Source: Chiloscyllium plagiosum (Eukaryota). From it: a DNA stretch of 44,653 bases. The notes under the pieces are model-generated. The model did not search any database. It was not told the DNA's origin and saw only the letters and a program-made list of their open reading frames with translations. A program made the translations under genes and the position numbers. This document shows positions 13,191 to 25,102 of the stretch, piece by piece. Numbering within the stretch: position 1 is the stretch's first letter; each line of letters starts with the position of its first letter. The stretch spans positions 2,618,477-2,663,129 of the forward strand of contig NC_057720.1 in assembly GCF_004010195.1 (NCBI RefSeq). Reading direction: 5' to 3'.

Positions 13191-13738
13191 GGGTGGTATG
13201 GTGGCTCAGTGGTTAGCACTGCTACCTCACAGCACCTGGGTCCCAGGTTCGATTCCAGCCTCGGGCAAGTGTCTGTGTGGAGTTTGCTCATTCTCCTCGT
13301 GTCTGTGTGGGTTTCCTCCTGGTGCTCCAGTTTCCTCTCACAGTCACAAAGATGTGCAGGTCAGGTGAATCGGCCATGCTAAATTGTCCATAGTGTTAGA
13401 TTAGATTAGATTATAGTGTGGAAACAGGCCCTTCGGCCCAACAAATCCATACCGACCCTCCGAAGAGAAACCCACCCATGCCCCTACATTTACCCCTTAC
13501 CTAACACTATGGGCAATTTAGTATGGCCAATTCACCTGACCTGCACATCTTTGGACTGTGGATGGAAACCGGAGCACCCAGAGGAAACCCACGCAGACAT
13601 GGGGAGAACGTGCAAACTCCACACAGTCAGTCGCATTAGTCAGAGGGAAATGGGTCTGGGTGGGTTCCTCTTTGGAGGGTCGGTGTGGACTGGTTGGGCT
13701 GAAGGGCCTGTTTCCACACTGTAGGGAATCCAATCTAA
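13191..13738 (+). mobile_element. HE1-type V-SINE (outer copy)
   Basis: Head and V-domain 13191-13399; 3' part resumes at 13634. Confidence 0.88.
13400..13633 (-). mobile_element. 5'-truncated HE1 SINE nested antisense in another HE1
   Basis: (ATTAG)n tail then reverse-complement HE1 body. Confidence 0.88.
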
Positions 13739-14034
13739 ACTGAAATGAGAAAGGGACAACTTAAAAACCAAAACAGGCAAAAGTCCATCAGAAGTTTAGA
13801 AAGCATTGGAGTCACAACAAGATGGGAAGGTCTGTAATTAAACCATTGTTAAGGTGGAAAGAATTTCTTAAGGCAACCAAAACAGGAATTTATTTAGAAA
13901 AGCCATTAAAGTGAACAAAAATCTTGATTTAATTTGTAAGACAACAGGCATTATTGGAAGCGATGCAGACAATGAAAATTGTCCAGGGAATACTGTAAAA
14001 CAAACAAATTTTTCTTTAAAGCTGCAAGCAGAAG

Positions 14035-14175
14035 GGTTTGAGGACGGGTCACAAGACCCAAAATGTTAACTCTGATTTCTCTTTCCAGATCCCGCCAGAT
14101 CTGCTGAATCTTTCCAGAAATGTCTGATTTAAATTCTGATTTCCAGCAACTGCAGTTCTTTCGGCTTTTATTTAA
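14035..14175 (+). mobile_element. Penelope-like terminal fragment, family D, degenerate core
   Basis: GGGTC-acaa-GACCC stem at 14046-14059 then CAGATCCCGCCAGATCTGCTGA...TTCCAGCAACTGCAG. Confidence 0.6.
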
Positions 14176-14550
14176 GCACCAGAGTTAATTTGCTAAAGGC
14201 AGAGAAAGGATAACCATTTTTATTCAAGCACAAAAAGGCAGAAATCATCCACTTGTTTGCACCACCTCGCGATTCGCTCCAGTAAACAGTACAGGAAAGC
14301 AATATTGGAAAGCTCAAAGTCTTTAAGACAAACAAACTAAAATGGCATCACTACGCAGCTGAATTCAGTGTCTTTCAGGTAAAGATAATAAAGTGGCATT
14401 TACATTTTACAGGATTAAAGGCCTTTAAAGCAACAGAGTAAAATAGCATCAAGACACTGCCAAATTGCAAAATTGTAATTAACCACATTGGGAAGAAATA
14501 ATAGAGAAATAATATTGCCAACAAGATTTAATTTCAGAGATGGGATAAAT

Positions 14551-15385
14551 AGAATCATAGAGTCATAGAGACGTACAGCATGGAAACAGACTCCTCGGTC
14601 CAACCTGTCCATGCCAACCAGATATCCCAACTCATCTACTCCCACCTGCCAGCACCAGGCCCATATCCCTCCAAACCCTTCCCGTTCATATACCCATCCA
14701 GACAATGTGTGGGTGGCACAGTGGTTAGTACTGCTGCCTCACAGCGCCAGAGACCCGGGTTCAATTCCCACCTCAGGTGACTCTCTGTGTGGAGTTTGCA
14801 CGTTCTCCCCGCGTCTGCGTGGGTTTCCTCCGTGCTCTGGTTTCCTCCCACAGTCCAAAAATATACAGGTTAGGTGAATTGGCCATGCTAAATTGCCCGT
14901 AGTGTTAGGTGAAGGGGTAAATGTAGGGGAATGGGTCTGGGTGGGTTGCGCTTCGGCAGGTCGGTGTGGACTTGTTGGGCCGAAGGGCCTGTTTCTACAT
15001 TGTAAGTAATATAATCTAATCTAAATGTTGCAATTGTACTAGCCTCCACCTCTTCCTCTGGCAGCTCATTCCATACATGTACCACCCTTTGCGTGAAAAA
15101 GTTTCCCCTTAGGTCTCTTTTATATCTTTCCCCTTTCACCCTAAACCTATGCCTCTAGCTCTCAACTCCCCACTCCAGGGTAAATACTTTGTCTATTTAT
15201 CCTATCCATGCCCCTCATGTTTTTTGTAAACCTCTATAAGGTCACCCCTCAGCCTCTGATGCTCCAGGGAAAACAGCCTTAGCCTATTCAACCTCTCCTT
15301 ATAGCACAAATCCTCCAACCCTGGCAACATCCTTGTAGGTCTTTTCTGGACCCTTTCAAGTTTCACAACATCTTTCCGATAGCAA
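14551..15385 (-). mobile_element. CR1 3' portion split by HE1
   Basis: CATAGAGTCATAGAG tail; ERYKRDLRGNFFTQRVVHVWNELP on minus strand. Confidence 0.9.
14711..15023 (+). mobile_element. HE1-type V-SINE, full length
   Basis: A/B boxes, V-domain, (TAATC)n tail. Confidence 0.92.
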
Positions 15386-15577
15386 GGAGACCAGAAAAAT
15401 AGAACTCCAAATTGGATAACTTAGAGAAAACAGTTCTTAAGGTACAAAATTGTTTCCAAACTAGGCACTTAATCCAAAGTAGAACAATGGGCCAAATAAT
15501 AGAGGGCTGGATACCAGTTCGGAAAGACAGCTGGGAAGAGTCCCTCGAGTTTAGAGTTTTGGATTGTATTGCCATTT

Positions 15578-15715
15578 CATAGAGTCATAGAGATGTACAG
15601 CATGGAAACAGACCCCTCAGTCTAATCCATCCATGCCAACCAGATATCCCAACCCAATCTAGTCCCACCTGCCTGCACCCGGCCTGTATCCCTCCAAACC
15701 CTTCCTATTCATATA
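15578..15715 (-). mobile_element. CR1 3' end fragment (followed by an HE1 3' fragment on + at about 15716-15885)
   Basis: Same tail and YMNRKGLEGY...GAGRWD terminus as other copies. Confidence 0.82.
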
Positions 15716-15889
15716 TATGCTAAATTGCCAGTAGTGTCCAGGGAAATGCAGGCTAAGTGGATTAGCCATGGGAAATACAGGGTCACAGGGATAGAGTAGT
15801 GGGGTGGGTCTGGGTGGGATTTCTTCAGAGGATCGGTGTGAACTCAATGGGACCAATGGCCTGCTTCCATGCCGATGGGACTCTGATTC

Positions 15890-16260
15890 CATATTCCATG
15901 GTTCCAAATAAACAATCTTTTGTGTTTGATTGTGGCTGCAGCCGATGACGATATAACTTGCCAAGGCAGAGATATTTTGCAAGATTTGACAATTACTTTA
16001 ATGTGAGAACAAGTAACATTCTTGAAAGAACAAGAATCAATGCAAGAATTCAACATCCAACGAAATCTATGGATAGTTTCATAAATGATCTCCGCAAATT
16101 AGTGGAAAAATGTCAAAATGGAGGTTTGAAATCCGAATTTATAAGAGACAGATTATAAATTCCAGACTTGCTCTTTTTCAGATTTATTACAGTGCAAACA
16201 AGATTTAACTTTGGATAATACAATTCAGACGGCGAATGAAATAGAAGTTTAGAAGCAAAA
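15890..16260 (+). mobile_element. Ty3/Gypsy gag remnant
   Basis: ORF 15958..16158 RFDNYFNVRTSNILERTRINARIQ...SMDSFINDLRKLVEKC...EFIRDRL matches the Gypsy gag pattern (FD.YF...N.I.ER..F..R.Q...FI.DL..L...C...IRDR); frameshifted and stopped. Confidence 0.72.
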
Positions 16261-16382
16261 CTGATCATTCCCGAAGACATGTGACAAGCTAACACAACGA
16301 GTAAACCAGACAGTAGATACTAAGACTCAATGTTAGCTGAGGAAACCTTATAGGCACAAGCAGTGCCAAGCTATTAAAAAAG

Positions 16383-17181
16383 AGATGGAGTTTAATTTAG
16401 ATAAATGTGAGGTGTTGCATTTTGGAAAGACAAATCAAGGCAGGACTTAAGCATTTAATGGTAAGGTCTGGGAGTGTTGCTGAACAAAGTGACCTTGGAG
16501 TGCAGGTTCATAGCTCCTTGAAAGTGGAGTTGCAGGTAGATAGGATAGTGAGGAAGGTGTTTGGTATGCTTTCCTTTATTGGTCAGAGTATTGAGTACAG
16601 GGGTTGGGAGGTCATGTTACAGCTGTACAAGACATTGGTTAGGTTACTGTTGGAATATTGCATGCAATTCCGGTCTCCTTCCTATCGGAAAGATGTTGTG
16701 AAACTTGAAAGGGTTCAGAAAAGATTTACAAGGATGTTGCCAGGGTTGGAGGATTTGAGCTACAGGGAGAGGCTGAACCGGCTGTTTTCCCTGGAGCGTC
16801 GGAGGCTAATGGGTGACCTTATAAAGGTTTACACAATCATGGATAGGGTAAATAGACAAAGTCTTTTCCCTGGGGTGGGGGAGTCCAGAACTAGAGGGCA
16901 TAGGTTTAGGGTGAGAGGGGAAAGATATAAAAGAGACTTAAGGAGCAACTTTTTCTTGCAGAGGGTGGTACACGTATGGAATGAGCTGCCAGAGGATGTG
17001 GTGGAGGCTGGTACAATTGCAACATTTAAAAGGCACCTGGATGGGTATATGAATAGGAAGAGTTTGGAGGGATATGGGCCGGGTGCTGGCAGGTGGGAGT
17101 AGATTGGGTTGGGATATCTGGTCGGCATGGACGGGTTGGACTGAAGGGTCTGTTTCAAGCTATACATCTGTATAACTCTAT
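16383..17181 (+). mobile_element. Young CR1 3' portion
   Basis: ORF 16407..17102 is the CR1 ORF2 C-terminus. Confidence 0.93.
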
Positions 17182-17734
17182 GAAATGGCAATACAATCAA
17201 AACGATACGGAGCAATATGATCCATTTGAGCGAGTTGATGTATCACTCATTGACATGGCGTGGTTCACAAATCATTATGGCAGATTCGAATTTAGTGTCA
17301 GATGAAGCAAAGGAACATTTTAATCCTCAAGGAGGAGATAGAGACCATCTGAGAGGACAAGCCTCAAGTGATATGAGTGAGGAAGTCAAGATATTGAGTT
17401 TACCAGTTATGCGAACACAGAGGGTGAATGCAATCAACAACTTAAATTTGATAAGAGATAAAGAATCCTCCTTAGTTGTTAACTTTAAATCTGAGATAGA
17501 TGAATGTTTGTTAGTTAAAGGGAGTCCTGGTGGCAATGGGACCAGAGTGGGGACTCATGGCATTGGCACAGCAGTGGGGGCAGCGGAGTCAGGACTCCTG
17601 GAGTCACTGAGGCTGATGCAGAAACAGAGACTCCTGGTTGTGGTTGTGGTAGACCCAGAGCGGGGGTTTCTGGTTATCGGCAAGTCAGCGGCAGCACCTA
17701 GTTGTGGGGCGAGTGTGGGCACAGTGGCAAAGAG

Positions 17735-18032
17735 ATGATGTCTAAAGAGCAGCAGAGGCCGAGGGGAGACTTGATAGAAGTTTATAAAATTATGAGACAT
17801 GTACATAAGGTTGATGGTCAGGATCTTTTCCAAGAGTTGAAATGTCTAAACCTAAGGGCATGTGTTTAAGGTGAGAGAGGCAAAGTTCAAAGGAGATGTG
17901 AGGCCTAAGCTTTTTACACAGAGAGTGGGAGGAGTCTGGAACACACTATCAGGGGTGGTGGTGGAGGCAGATACGATAGGGGCATTTAAGGGGCTTTTAG
18001 GTAAGCACATGAAAATGCAAAAATAGAGGGAT
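17735..18032 (+). mobile_element. CR1 3' portion whose 3' UTR resumes at 19583
   Basis: RGDLIEVYKIMR...FTQRV pattern; breaks at TAGAGGGAT and continues at AAGGATATG. Confidence 0.78.
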
Positions 18033-19582
18033 TTGGCGCCTGGACCAGGTGGGCCACACTCCGGAGTTCTGAAGGAGATAACTGAAGAGAGAGTGGAGGT
18101 GATAATAGTGATCTTTCAGGTATCACTGGAGTCAGGGAAGGTCCCAGAGGACTGGCAAATTGCTAATGTAACCCCCCTGCTTAAGAAGGGAGGAAGGCAA
18201 AGATGGGAAATTACAGGCCGATTTGCCTGACCTCAGTCACTGGTAAGATTTTGGAGTCCATTGTGAAGGATGAGATTTCTGAATATTTGGTAAAATAAGG
18301 CAAAGTCAGCATGGTTTCATCCAGATGAGATCATGCCGAAAAAATCAGTTAGAATTCTTTGAGGAGGTAACGAGCAAGTTAGACCAAGGAGAGCCAATGG
18401 ATGGTATCTATCTGACAATGTGCCACACAGGAAGCTACTGAGTAAGGTAAGGGCCCATGGTATTTAGAGGCAAGGTGCACACATGGATAGAAGCCTGGCT
18501 GTCTGGCAGAGAGCAGAGAGTGGGGATAAAAGGGTCCTTCTCAGGAAGGCAGCTGGTGACAAGTGGTGTTCCACAAGGCTCAGTGATGGGACCACAACTT
18601 TTCACTTTATACATTAACAATCTAGGTGAAGGAACTGAGAGTGTTCTGGCTAAGGTTGCAGATGATACAAAGATAGGTGGAGGGACAGGTAGCATTGAGG
18701 GGGCGGGGAGGCTGTAGAAGGATTCAGACAGGTTAGGAGAGTGGGCAAAGAAGTGACAGATAGAGTACAATGTGAGAAAGTGTGAGGTAATGCACTTTGG
18801 TAGGAAGAATAGAGGCATGGACTATTTTCTAAATAGGGAGAAATTTCAGAAGTCTGCAGTGCAAAGGGACTTGGGAGTTCTAGTCCAGGATTCTCTCAAG
18901 GTAAACTTGCAGGTTGAGTTGTAGTTAGGAAGGCAAATACAATGTTGTCATTCATCTCGAGAGGACCTGAATATAAAAACAGTGAATGTACTTCTGAGGC
19001 TTTATAAGGCTCTGGTCAGACCACATTTGGAGTATTGTGGGCAGTTTTGGGCCTCATACCTCAGGAAGGATGTACTAGCCTTGGAGCAGGACCAGAGGAG
19101 GTTCATGAGAAATGTCCCAGGAATGAAAAGCTTAACATATGGGCTATGTTTGAGGTCTCTGGGACTATACTTGATGGAGTTTAGGAGGATGAGCGGAGAT
19201 CTGATTGAAACTTACAGAATACTGAAGAGTCCAGACAGCGTGAATATTGGGAAGATGTTTCCATTGGCAGGAGAGGAGAGGACCCAAGGGCAGAACCTTA
19301 GGGTAAAGGGGACCCTATAGAACAGAGATAAGGAGGACCTTCTTCAGCCAGAGAGTGGTGAATCTGTGGAATTCATTGCCGCAGAAGGCTGTGGAGGCCA
19401 GGTCATTGAGTATATTTAAGACTGAGATAGATAGGCTCTTGATTGCCAAGGGAATTGAAGGTTCCATGGAGAAAGCTGGAAAATGGGGTTGAAAAACCAA
19501 TCAGCCATGATTGAATGGTGGAGCAGACTCGATGGGCTGACTGGCCTAATTTCTGCTCCTATGCTTTATAGTCTTATGGTCT
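18033..19582 (+). mobile_element. CR1 LINE, RT domain to 3' end, pseudogenised
   Basis: VPEDWQIANVTP, SGVPQGSVMGP, ADDTK, LYKALVRPHLEYC; TCTTATGGTCTT tail. Confidence 0.93.
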
Positions 19583-19647
19583 TAAGGATATGAAGCAAGG
19601 TCAGGCAGAGGGGATTTGTTTAATTTGGCGTCAGGTTCGGCACAACA

Positions 19648-21506
19648 TGGTGAGCCGGAGGGCCTGTTCCTGTGGTGAGCCGGAGGGCCTGTTCCTGTGG
19701 TGAGTCGGAGAGTCTGTTCCTGTGGTGAGCCGTACAGCCTGTTCCTGTGGTGAGTCGGAGGGCCTGTTCCTGTGGTGAATCAGAGAGCCTGTTTCTGTGG
19801 TGAGTCGGGGGGCTTGTTCCTGTGTTGAGCCAGAGGGTCTGTTCATATGGTGAGCCTGAGGGTCTGTTCCTGTGGTGAGTCGGAGGGTCTGTTCCTGTGG
19901 TGTGCCAGAGGGCCTGTTCCTGTAGTGAACTGGAGGGTCTGTCCCTGTGGTGAGTCAGAGGGCCTGTCCCTGCAGTGTGCTGGGAGGTATGTTCGTGTGG
20001 TGAACCGGAGGGCCTGTCCGTGCAGTGTGCTGGGGGGTCTGTTCCTGTGGTGAACCGGAGGGCCTGTCCCTGTGGTGTGCAGGAGGGTCTGTTCCTGTGG
20101 TGAACCGGAGGGCCTGCCCTTTGGTGTGCCGGAGGGTCTGTTCCTGTGGTGAACCAGAGGGCTTGTCCCTGTGGAGTGCCGGAGGGTCTGTCCCCGTGGA
20201 GAGCCAGAGGGTCTGTTCCTGTGGTGAGCCAGAGGATCTGATCCTGTGGTGTGCTGGAGGGCCTGTTCCTGTGGTGAGTCGGAGGGCCTGTTCCTGTGGT
20301 AAACCGGAAGGCTTGTTCCTGCGGTGAGTCAAAGGGCCTGTTCCTGTGGTGTGCCGGAGGGCCTGTTACTGTGGTGAGTCGGAGGGTGTGTTCCTGTGGT
20401 GTGCCGGAGGAACTGTCCCTGTGGTGAGTCGGAGGGCCTGTCCCTGTGGTGAGCCGGAGGGCCTGTTCCTGTGGTGAGCCGGAGGGTCTGTTCCTGTGGT
20501 GAGCCTCAGGGTCTGTTCCTTTGGTGAGTCGGAGGGTCTGTTCCTGTGGTGAGTCGGAGGGCCTGTTCCTGTGGTGAGTCGGAGGGCCTGTTCCTGTGGT
20601 GAGCCGGAGGGTCTGTTCCTGTGGTGGGCCTGAGGGTCTGTTCCTTTGGTGAGTTGGAGAGTCTGTTCCTGTGGTGAGCCAGAGGGTCTGTTCCTGTGGT
20701 GAGCCGGAGGGCCTGTCCCTGTGGTGATTCAGAGGGTCTGTTCCTGGCGTGAGCCAAAGGGCCTGTTCCTGCAGTGAGCCGCACGGCCTGTTCCTGTGGT
20801 GAGTTGGAGGGTCTGTTCCTGTGGTGAGTCGGAGGGTCTGCTCCTGTGGTGAGCCAGAGGGCCTGTTCCTGAGGCGAGCCGGAGGGCCTGTTCCTGTGGT
20901 GAGCCGTAGAGTCTGTTCCTGGCATGAGCCAGAAGGCCTGTTCCTGCGGTGAGCCGTACGGCCTGTTCCTGTGGTGAGTTGGAGGGTCTGTTCCTGTAGC
21001 ATCCGAGGAGCTTCAGCAAAATCGACGTTTCGGGCAAAAGCCCTTCATCAGGCTTTCCTGATGAAGGGCTTTTGCCCGAAACATTGATTTTGCTGAAGCT
21101 CCTTGGATGTTGCCTGAACTGCTGTGCTCTTCCAGCACCATTGATCCAGAATCTGGTTTCCAGCATCTGCAGTCATTGTTTTTACCTTGGGTCTGTTCCT
21201 GTGGTGAGTCGGAGGGTCTTTTCCTGTGGTGAGCCATAAGGCCTGTTCCTGTGGTGAGCCGGAGGGCCTGTTCCTGTGGTGAGCCGGAGGGCCTGTTCCT
21301 GTGGTGAGCCGGAGGGCCTGTTCCGGTGGTGAACCTGAGGGCCTGTTCCTGTGGTGAACCTGAGGGCCTGTTCCTGTGGTGAACCTGAGGGCCTGTTCCT
21401 GTGGTGAGTCGGAGGGCCTGTTCCCGTGGTGAACCTGAGGGCCTGTTCCTGTGGTGAACCTGAGGGCCTGTTCCTGTGGTGAGTCGGAGGGCCTGTTCCC
21501 GTGGTG
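19648..21506 (+). repeat. 25-bp minisatellite (about 66 units) derived from a CR1 3' UTR
   Basis: Unit GAGCCGGAGGGCCTGTTCCTGTGGT; CR1 UTR on the left (TTCGGCACAACATGG) and CR1 tail on the right (GTACTGTTCTACATTCTA). Confidence 0.95.
20998..21188 (+). mobile_element. Palindromic Penelope-like element, family B, inserted in the minisatellite
   Basis: 14-bp TSD GGGTCTGTTCCTGT (20984-20997, 21189-21202); intact core on minus (21024-21051), mutated core on plus (21058-21085). Confidence 0.83.
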
Positions 21507-21524
21507 TACTGTTCTACATTCTAA

Positions 21525-21862
21525 AATGCAGTGACTCCTAAGTTGGTGAATCTGGCTCAGGCAGCATTGAGACAGTGGAGGTCTCTCTTACAGTTACTGG
21601 AGGCTTGTTGCCAGGCGGACTGAGTTGGAAAGACTCGTATTCTGAATATCTTATTTATTTATTTTTCTAATGTATTCTTGTGATTTGTAATATTGATTTT
21701 TATTTCTTTACTTCTCTAACTTTATTTTCCTAAAACTTTGTTCATAAGAATCTATACCTAAGTACCCTTGTACGGTAAGAAGGTGCTGCAATGTGGCGAC
21801 TTGTAAACTTTTCACTGTACCTGTACTTATTTGTGTACATGTGACAATAAACCTCATTCAAT
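21525..21862 (+). mobile_element. 3' part of an unclassified non-autonomous retroposon (5' part probably about 17520-17730)
   Basis: Ends CTTTTCACTGTACC...CATGTGACAATAAA, a LINE-type 3' terminus; GACTCCT subrepeat shared with 17525-17720; related to 25662-25870 and 27007-27110. Confidence 0.45.
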
Positions 21863-22167
21863 GAAATATGAAGGGACATGGGCCAAGAGCAGGTCACAGA
21901 TGCCATTTGGTCACAGATCAACCATAATCGTATTAAATGGTGGAACAGGCTCAAGGGGCTGAATGGCCTACTCCAGTTCCTGTGTTCATCTCGTAAGAAG
22001 AAACCCTACAGACTTCAGAAAGTCTATGATTGAATTATGATCAACAGAGCCCAAACCATACAACTACTATTACTCTGATTGTAGAGTAGGATAAAAGGCC
22101 AGCACTACATTGAGGGACGAAGGGCCTGTATTGTGCTGTACTGTTCTATGTTCTATATCACTGTCAT

Positions 22168-22530
22168 TGAGTCATACAGCATAGGCCCTATGGTCTAACC
22201 AGTCCATGCTGAACATAATCCCAAATTAAACTAGTCTCACCTGCCTACTCCTGGCCCATATCCTTTCAAACCTTTCCGATTCATGTATTTATCCAAATGT
22301 TTTTTAAATGTTATAATTGTACTCACATCCACCACTTCCTTAGGAAGTTAATCCACACACAAACCACCTTCTGTGTAAAAACAATGCCCCTCAGTCCCCC
22401 ATCCAAGGGAAAAGACAACTATCATTAACTCTATCTATCCCCCTCATTATTTTATAAACTTCTATCAGGTCACCTCTGAACCTTACGCTCCAGTGAAAAG
22501 ACTCCCAGGCTATCCAGTCAGTCTTTATAA
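22168..22530 (-). mobile_element. CR1 3' portion
   Basis: Colinear with the CR1 at 10548. Confidence 0.82.
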
Positions 22531-22965
22531 CAAAAGGGAGATAGGGTAGTGTTAGTTGGAATTATAAACATGAATTTATAAGTGTTATTTATTGGAAAAA
22601 GTTTGGGGAGATATTGTATGTGGTCATGGTTATGAAATGCGTTCGAGTTGAAGACTGCTTTAAGCTCTGTCCAATCTGATAAAGGATCTGGGTAGGGAAA
22701 TGTAGATTGGTTCTGGATCTCAAAAGGAAAAGACCATGGACCAACAGATCACCAAACGAGACCACTCTACCCATCATGTCTGTGCCAGCTCTTTGAAAGA
22801 GTCACACAATACCACTCCCTTGAGATAGTGAAGACATTTTATCCTGTCTAATAAGGCAAACCGTGAACATTTTGGGTGAGAACTTCCTGTCACAATAAGG
22901 ACAAGGTTATTGGTGCTTGCTGCAAAATACTAATTCAACAACAACTTGTGGCGAGGGTGGAGACA

Positions 22966-24215
22966 TAGAGTCATAGAGTTCTACAACACAGAGCCAGGCC
23001 CTTTGGCCCAAACTGGTCCATGCCGACCAAAATGTCCATCCACACTAACCCCATTTTCCTGCACTTAGCCCATGTCCTTCTATTTCTTTCTGAACCATGT
23101 ATTTGTCCAAATACTTTTAAATGTTGTTAATGTACCTGCTTCATTCACTTCTGCTGGCAGCTCATTCCATATGCGTACCACTCTCTGTGTAAAAAAGTTG
23201 CCCCTTGGGTTCACTTTTATTCTTTCCCCTCTAACCTTAAACTGATGCCCCTCTAGTCCTCGATTCCCTAAGCCTGGGAAAAAGATTGAGTGCATCCACC
23301 CTATCCATGCCTCTCATGATCTTATACACTTCCATAAGATACCCCTCAGTCTCCTAGCTCTAAAGAAAAATGTCCTAGCTTGTCCAACTCAGTTTAACTC
23401 AGACCATTGAGTCCTGGCAACATCCTTGTAAATTTCTTCTGTATTCTTTCCAGTTTAATGATATCCTTCCTGTAGCAAGGTGACCAAAACTGTACACAAT
23501 ACTCCAAGTGTGGCCTCACCAATGTCCTGTACAACTGCAACATAACTGCCCAACTTCTATACTCAGTGCCCTGACTGATAAAGCTGGAAATGTGTTGCTG
23601 GAAAAGCGCAGGAGGTCAGGCAGCATCCAGGGAACAGGAGAATCGACGTTTCGGGCATAAGCCCTTCTTCAGGAATGATTCCTGAAGAAGGGCTTCTCCA
23701 GCATCTGCAGATCTCACTTTCTCCTCCCTGACTGATAAAGGCCAGTGTGCCAAAAGCTTTCTCCACTGCCCTGTCTACCTGGGACTCCACTTTCAGAGAA
23801 CTGTGAACCTGAGCTCCAAGGTCCCTCTACACTCCTTAAGGCCCTACCATTCACCATGAAACTCCTACCTTGATTTGACTTTCCAAGATGCAAGACCTCA
23901 CCCTTATACAAATTAAACTCTATTTCCCATTTCTCGGCCTACTTCCCCAAGCTGATCAAGGTCCTGCTGCAATTTCTGAGAACCTTCCTCACTGTCCACA
24001 ATATCTCCTACTTTAGTGTCATCTGCAAACTTACTAATCATGCCTTGTAAATTCTCATCCAAATCATTGGTATAGATAACAAACAGCAATGGGCCCAGCC
24101 CCGACCTCTGAGGCACTCCACCAGTCACAGGCCTCCAGTCCGACAAGCATCCTTCCACTATTACCCTCTGCTTCTGACCATCAAACTAATTGTGTATCCA
24201 ATTTGCCAGCTTGCC
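22966..24215 (-). mobile_element. CR1 LINE RT to 3' end, split by a Penelope-like element
   Basis: GVPQRSGLGPLLF, SKFADDTK, FFTQRVVRIWNELP; CATAGAGTCATAGAG tail. Confidence 0.92.
23584..23725 (+). mobile_element. Palindromic Penelope-like element, family A, one arm mostly deleted
   Basis: 15-bp TSD CCCTGACTGATAAAG (23569-23583, 23726-23740); intact minus-strand core at about 23645-23672. Confidence 0.85.
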
Positions 24216-24260
24216 ATGATTCAACTCATCCCAAACTGGGGCACAGCTCTGAAACACCAG

Positions 24261-24385
24261 CTCTGAAGAAGGATCACTGGACCCGAAACATTAACACTGT
24301 TTCTCTCCCCACAGATGCTGCAAGACCTGCTGAGTTTCTTCGGCAATTTCTGTTTTCATTCCAGCATCCACAGTTCTTTTATTTC
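24261..24385 (+). mobile_element. Penelope-like terminal fragment, family D
   Basis: CTGAAGA-A-GGATC-actg-GACCC-GAAA-CATT at 24263-24292 then CAGATGCTGCAAGACCTGCTGAG. Confidence 0.68.
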
Positions 24386-24513
24386 TCTATAATGGCGTCA
24401 TTCTTTCTAACCTGACCATTCATATTGGGCATCCAACTGTGCCATTGCCTCAGCTCATCTGCTGCTAAAACCCTCATCTCAACCACAGCCACCTGTGGAC
24501 CTGACCAGATACA

Positions 24514-24823
24514 GGGTGGCACGGTGGCACAGTGGTTAGCACTGCTGTCTCACAGCGCCAGAGATCCGGGTTCAATTCCCGCCTCAGGTGACTGACTGTG
24601 TGGAGTTTGCACATTGTCTGCGTGGGTTTCCTCCGGATGCTCGGGTTTCCTCCCACAATCCAAAAATGTGCAGGTTAGGTGAATTGGCCATGCTAAATTT
24701 CCCGTAGTGTTAGGTGAAGGGGTAAATGTAGGGGAATGGGTCTGGGTGGGTTGTGCTTCGGTGGGTCGGTGTGGACTTGTTGGGCTGAAGGGCCTGTTTC
24801 CACACTGTAAGTAATCTAATCTA
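24514..24823 (+). mobile_element. HE1-type V-SINE
   Basis: A/B boxes, V-domain, (TAATC)n tail. Confidence 0.92.
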
Positions 24824-24978
24824 AAGTCTCTCTGACCAATCTCCCAAATCCACACAACACATCCAAATATCCGCTCTCCACATGTCCCACATTTACCTCA
24901 CAGCAAACCCAGATCCTAACATTTCTTTTATTCATGCACAGGATAAGAGCATATCTGGCTAGACTTGTTCTTCTTATT

Positions 24979-25102
24979 CTGGATCAGTGGTGCTGGAAGA
25001 GCACAACAATTCAGGCAGCATCCGAGGACAGGCAAAATCGACGTTTCGGGCAAAAGCCCTTCATCAGGAATAAAGGCAGAGAGCCTGAAGCGTGGAGAGC
25101 CT
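24979..25102 (-). mobile_element. Penelope-like element, family B, inserted in a tRNA-headed SINE (about 24925-25400, minus)
   Basis: 14-bp TSD TTGTTCTTCTTATT (24965-24978, 25103-25116); intact core CTGATGA-A-GGGC-tttt-GCCC-GAAA-CGTC on minus at 25040-25067. Confidence 0.83.

Noticed and set aside
17217..17738. 173-aa ORF as a host gene
   Set aside because: Crosses a junction between unrelated repeat-like segments; no recognisable domain or splice signals.
19620..21002. 460-aa ORF on minus and its overlapping ORFs
   Set aside because: Translation of a 25-bp repeat cycling through three frames; the unit lacks stops on that strand.
19648..21506. CRISPR-like appearance of the tandem arrays (also 1-296 and 31297-31494)
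   Set aside because: Head-to-tail units without unique spacers, eukaryotic context, no cas genes.
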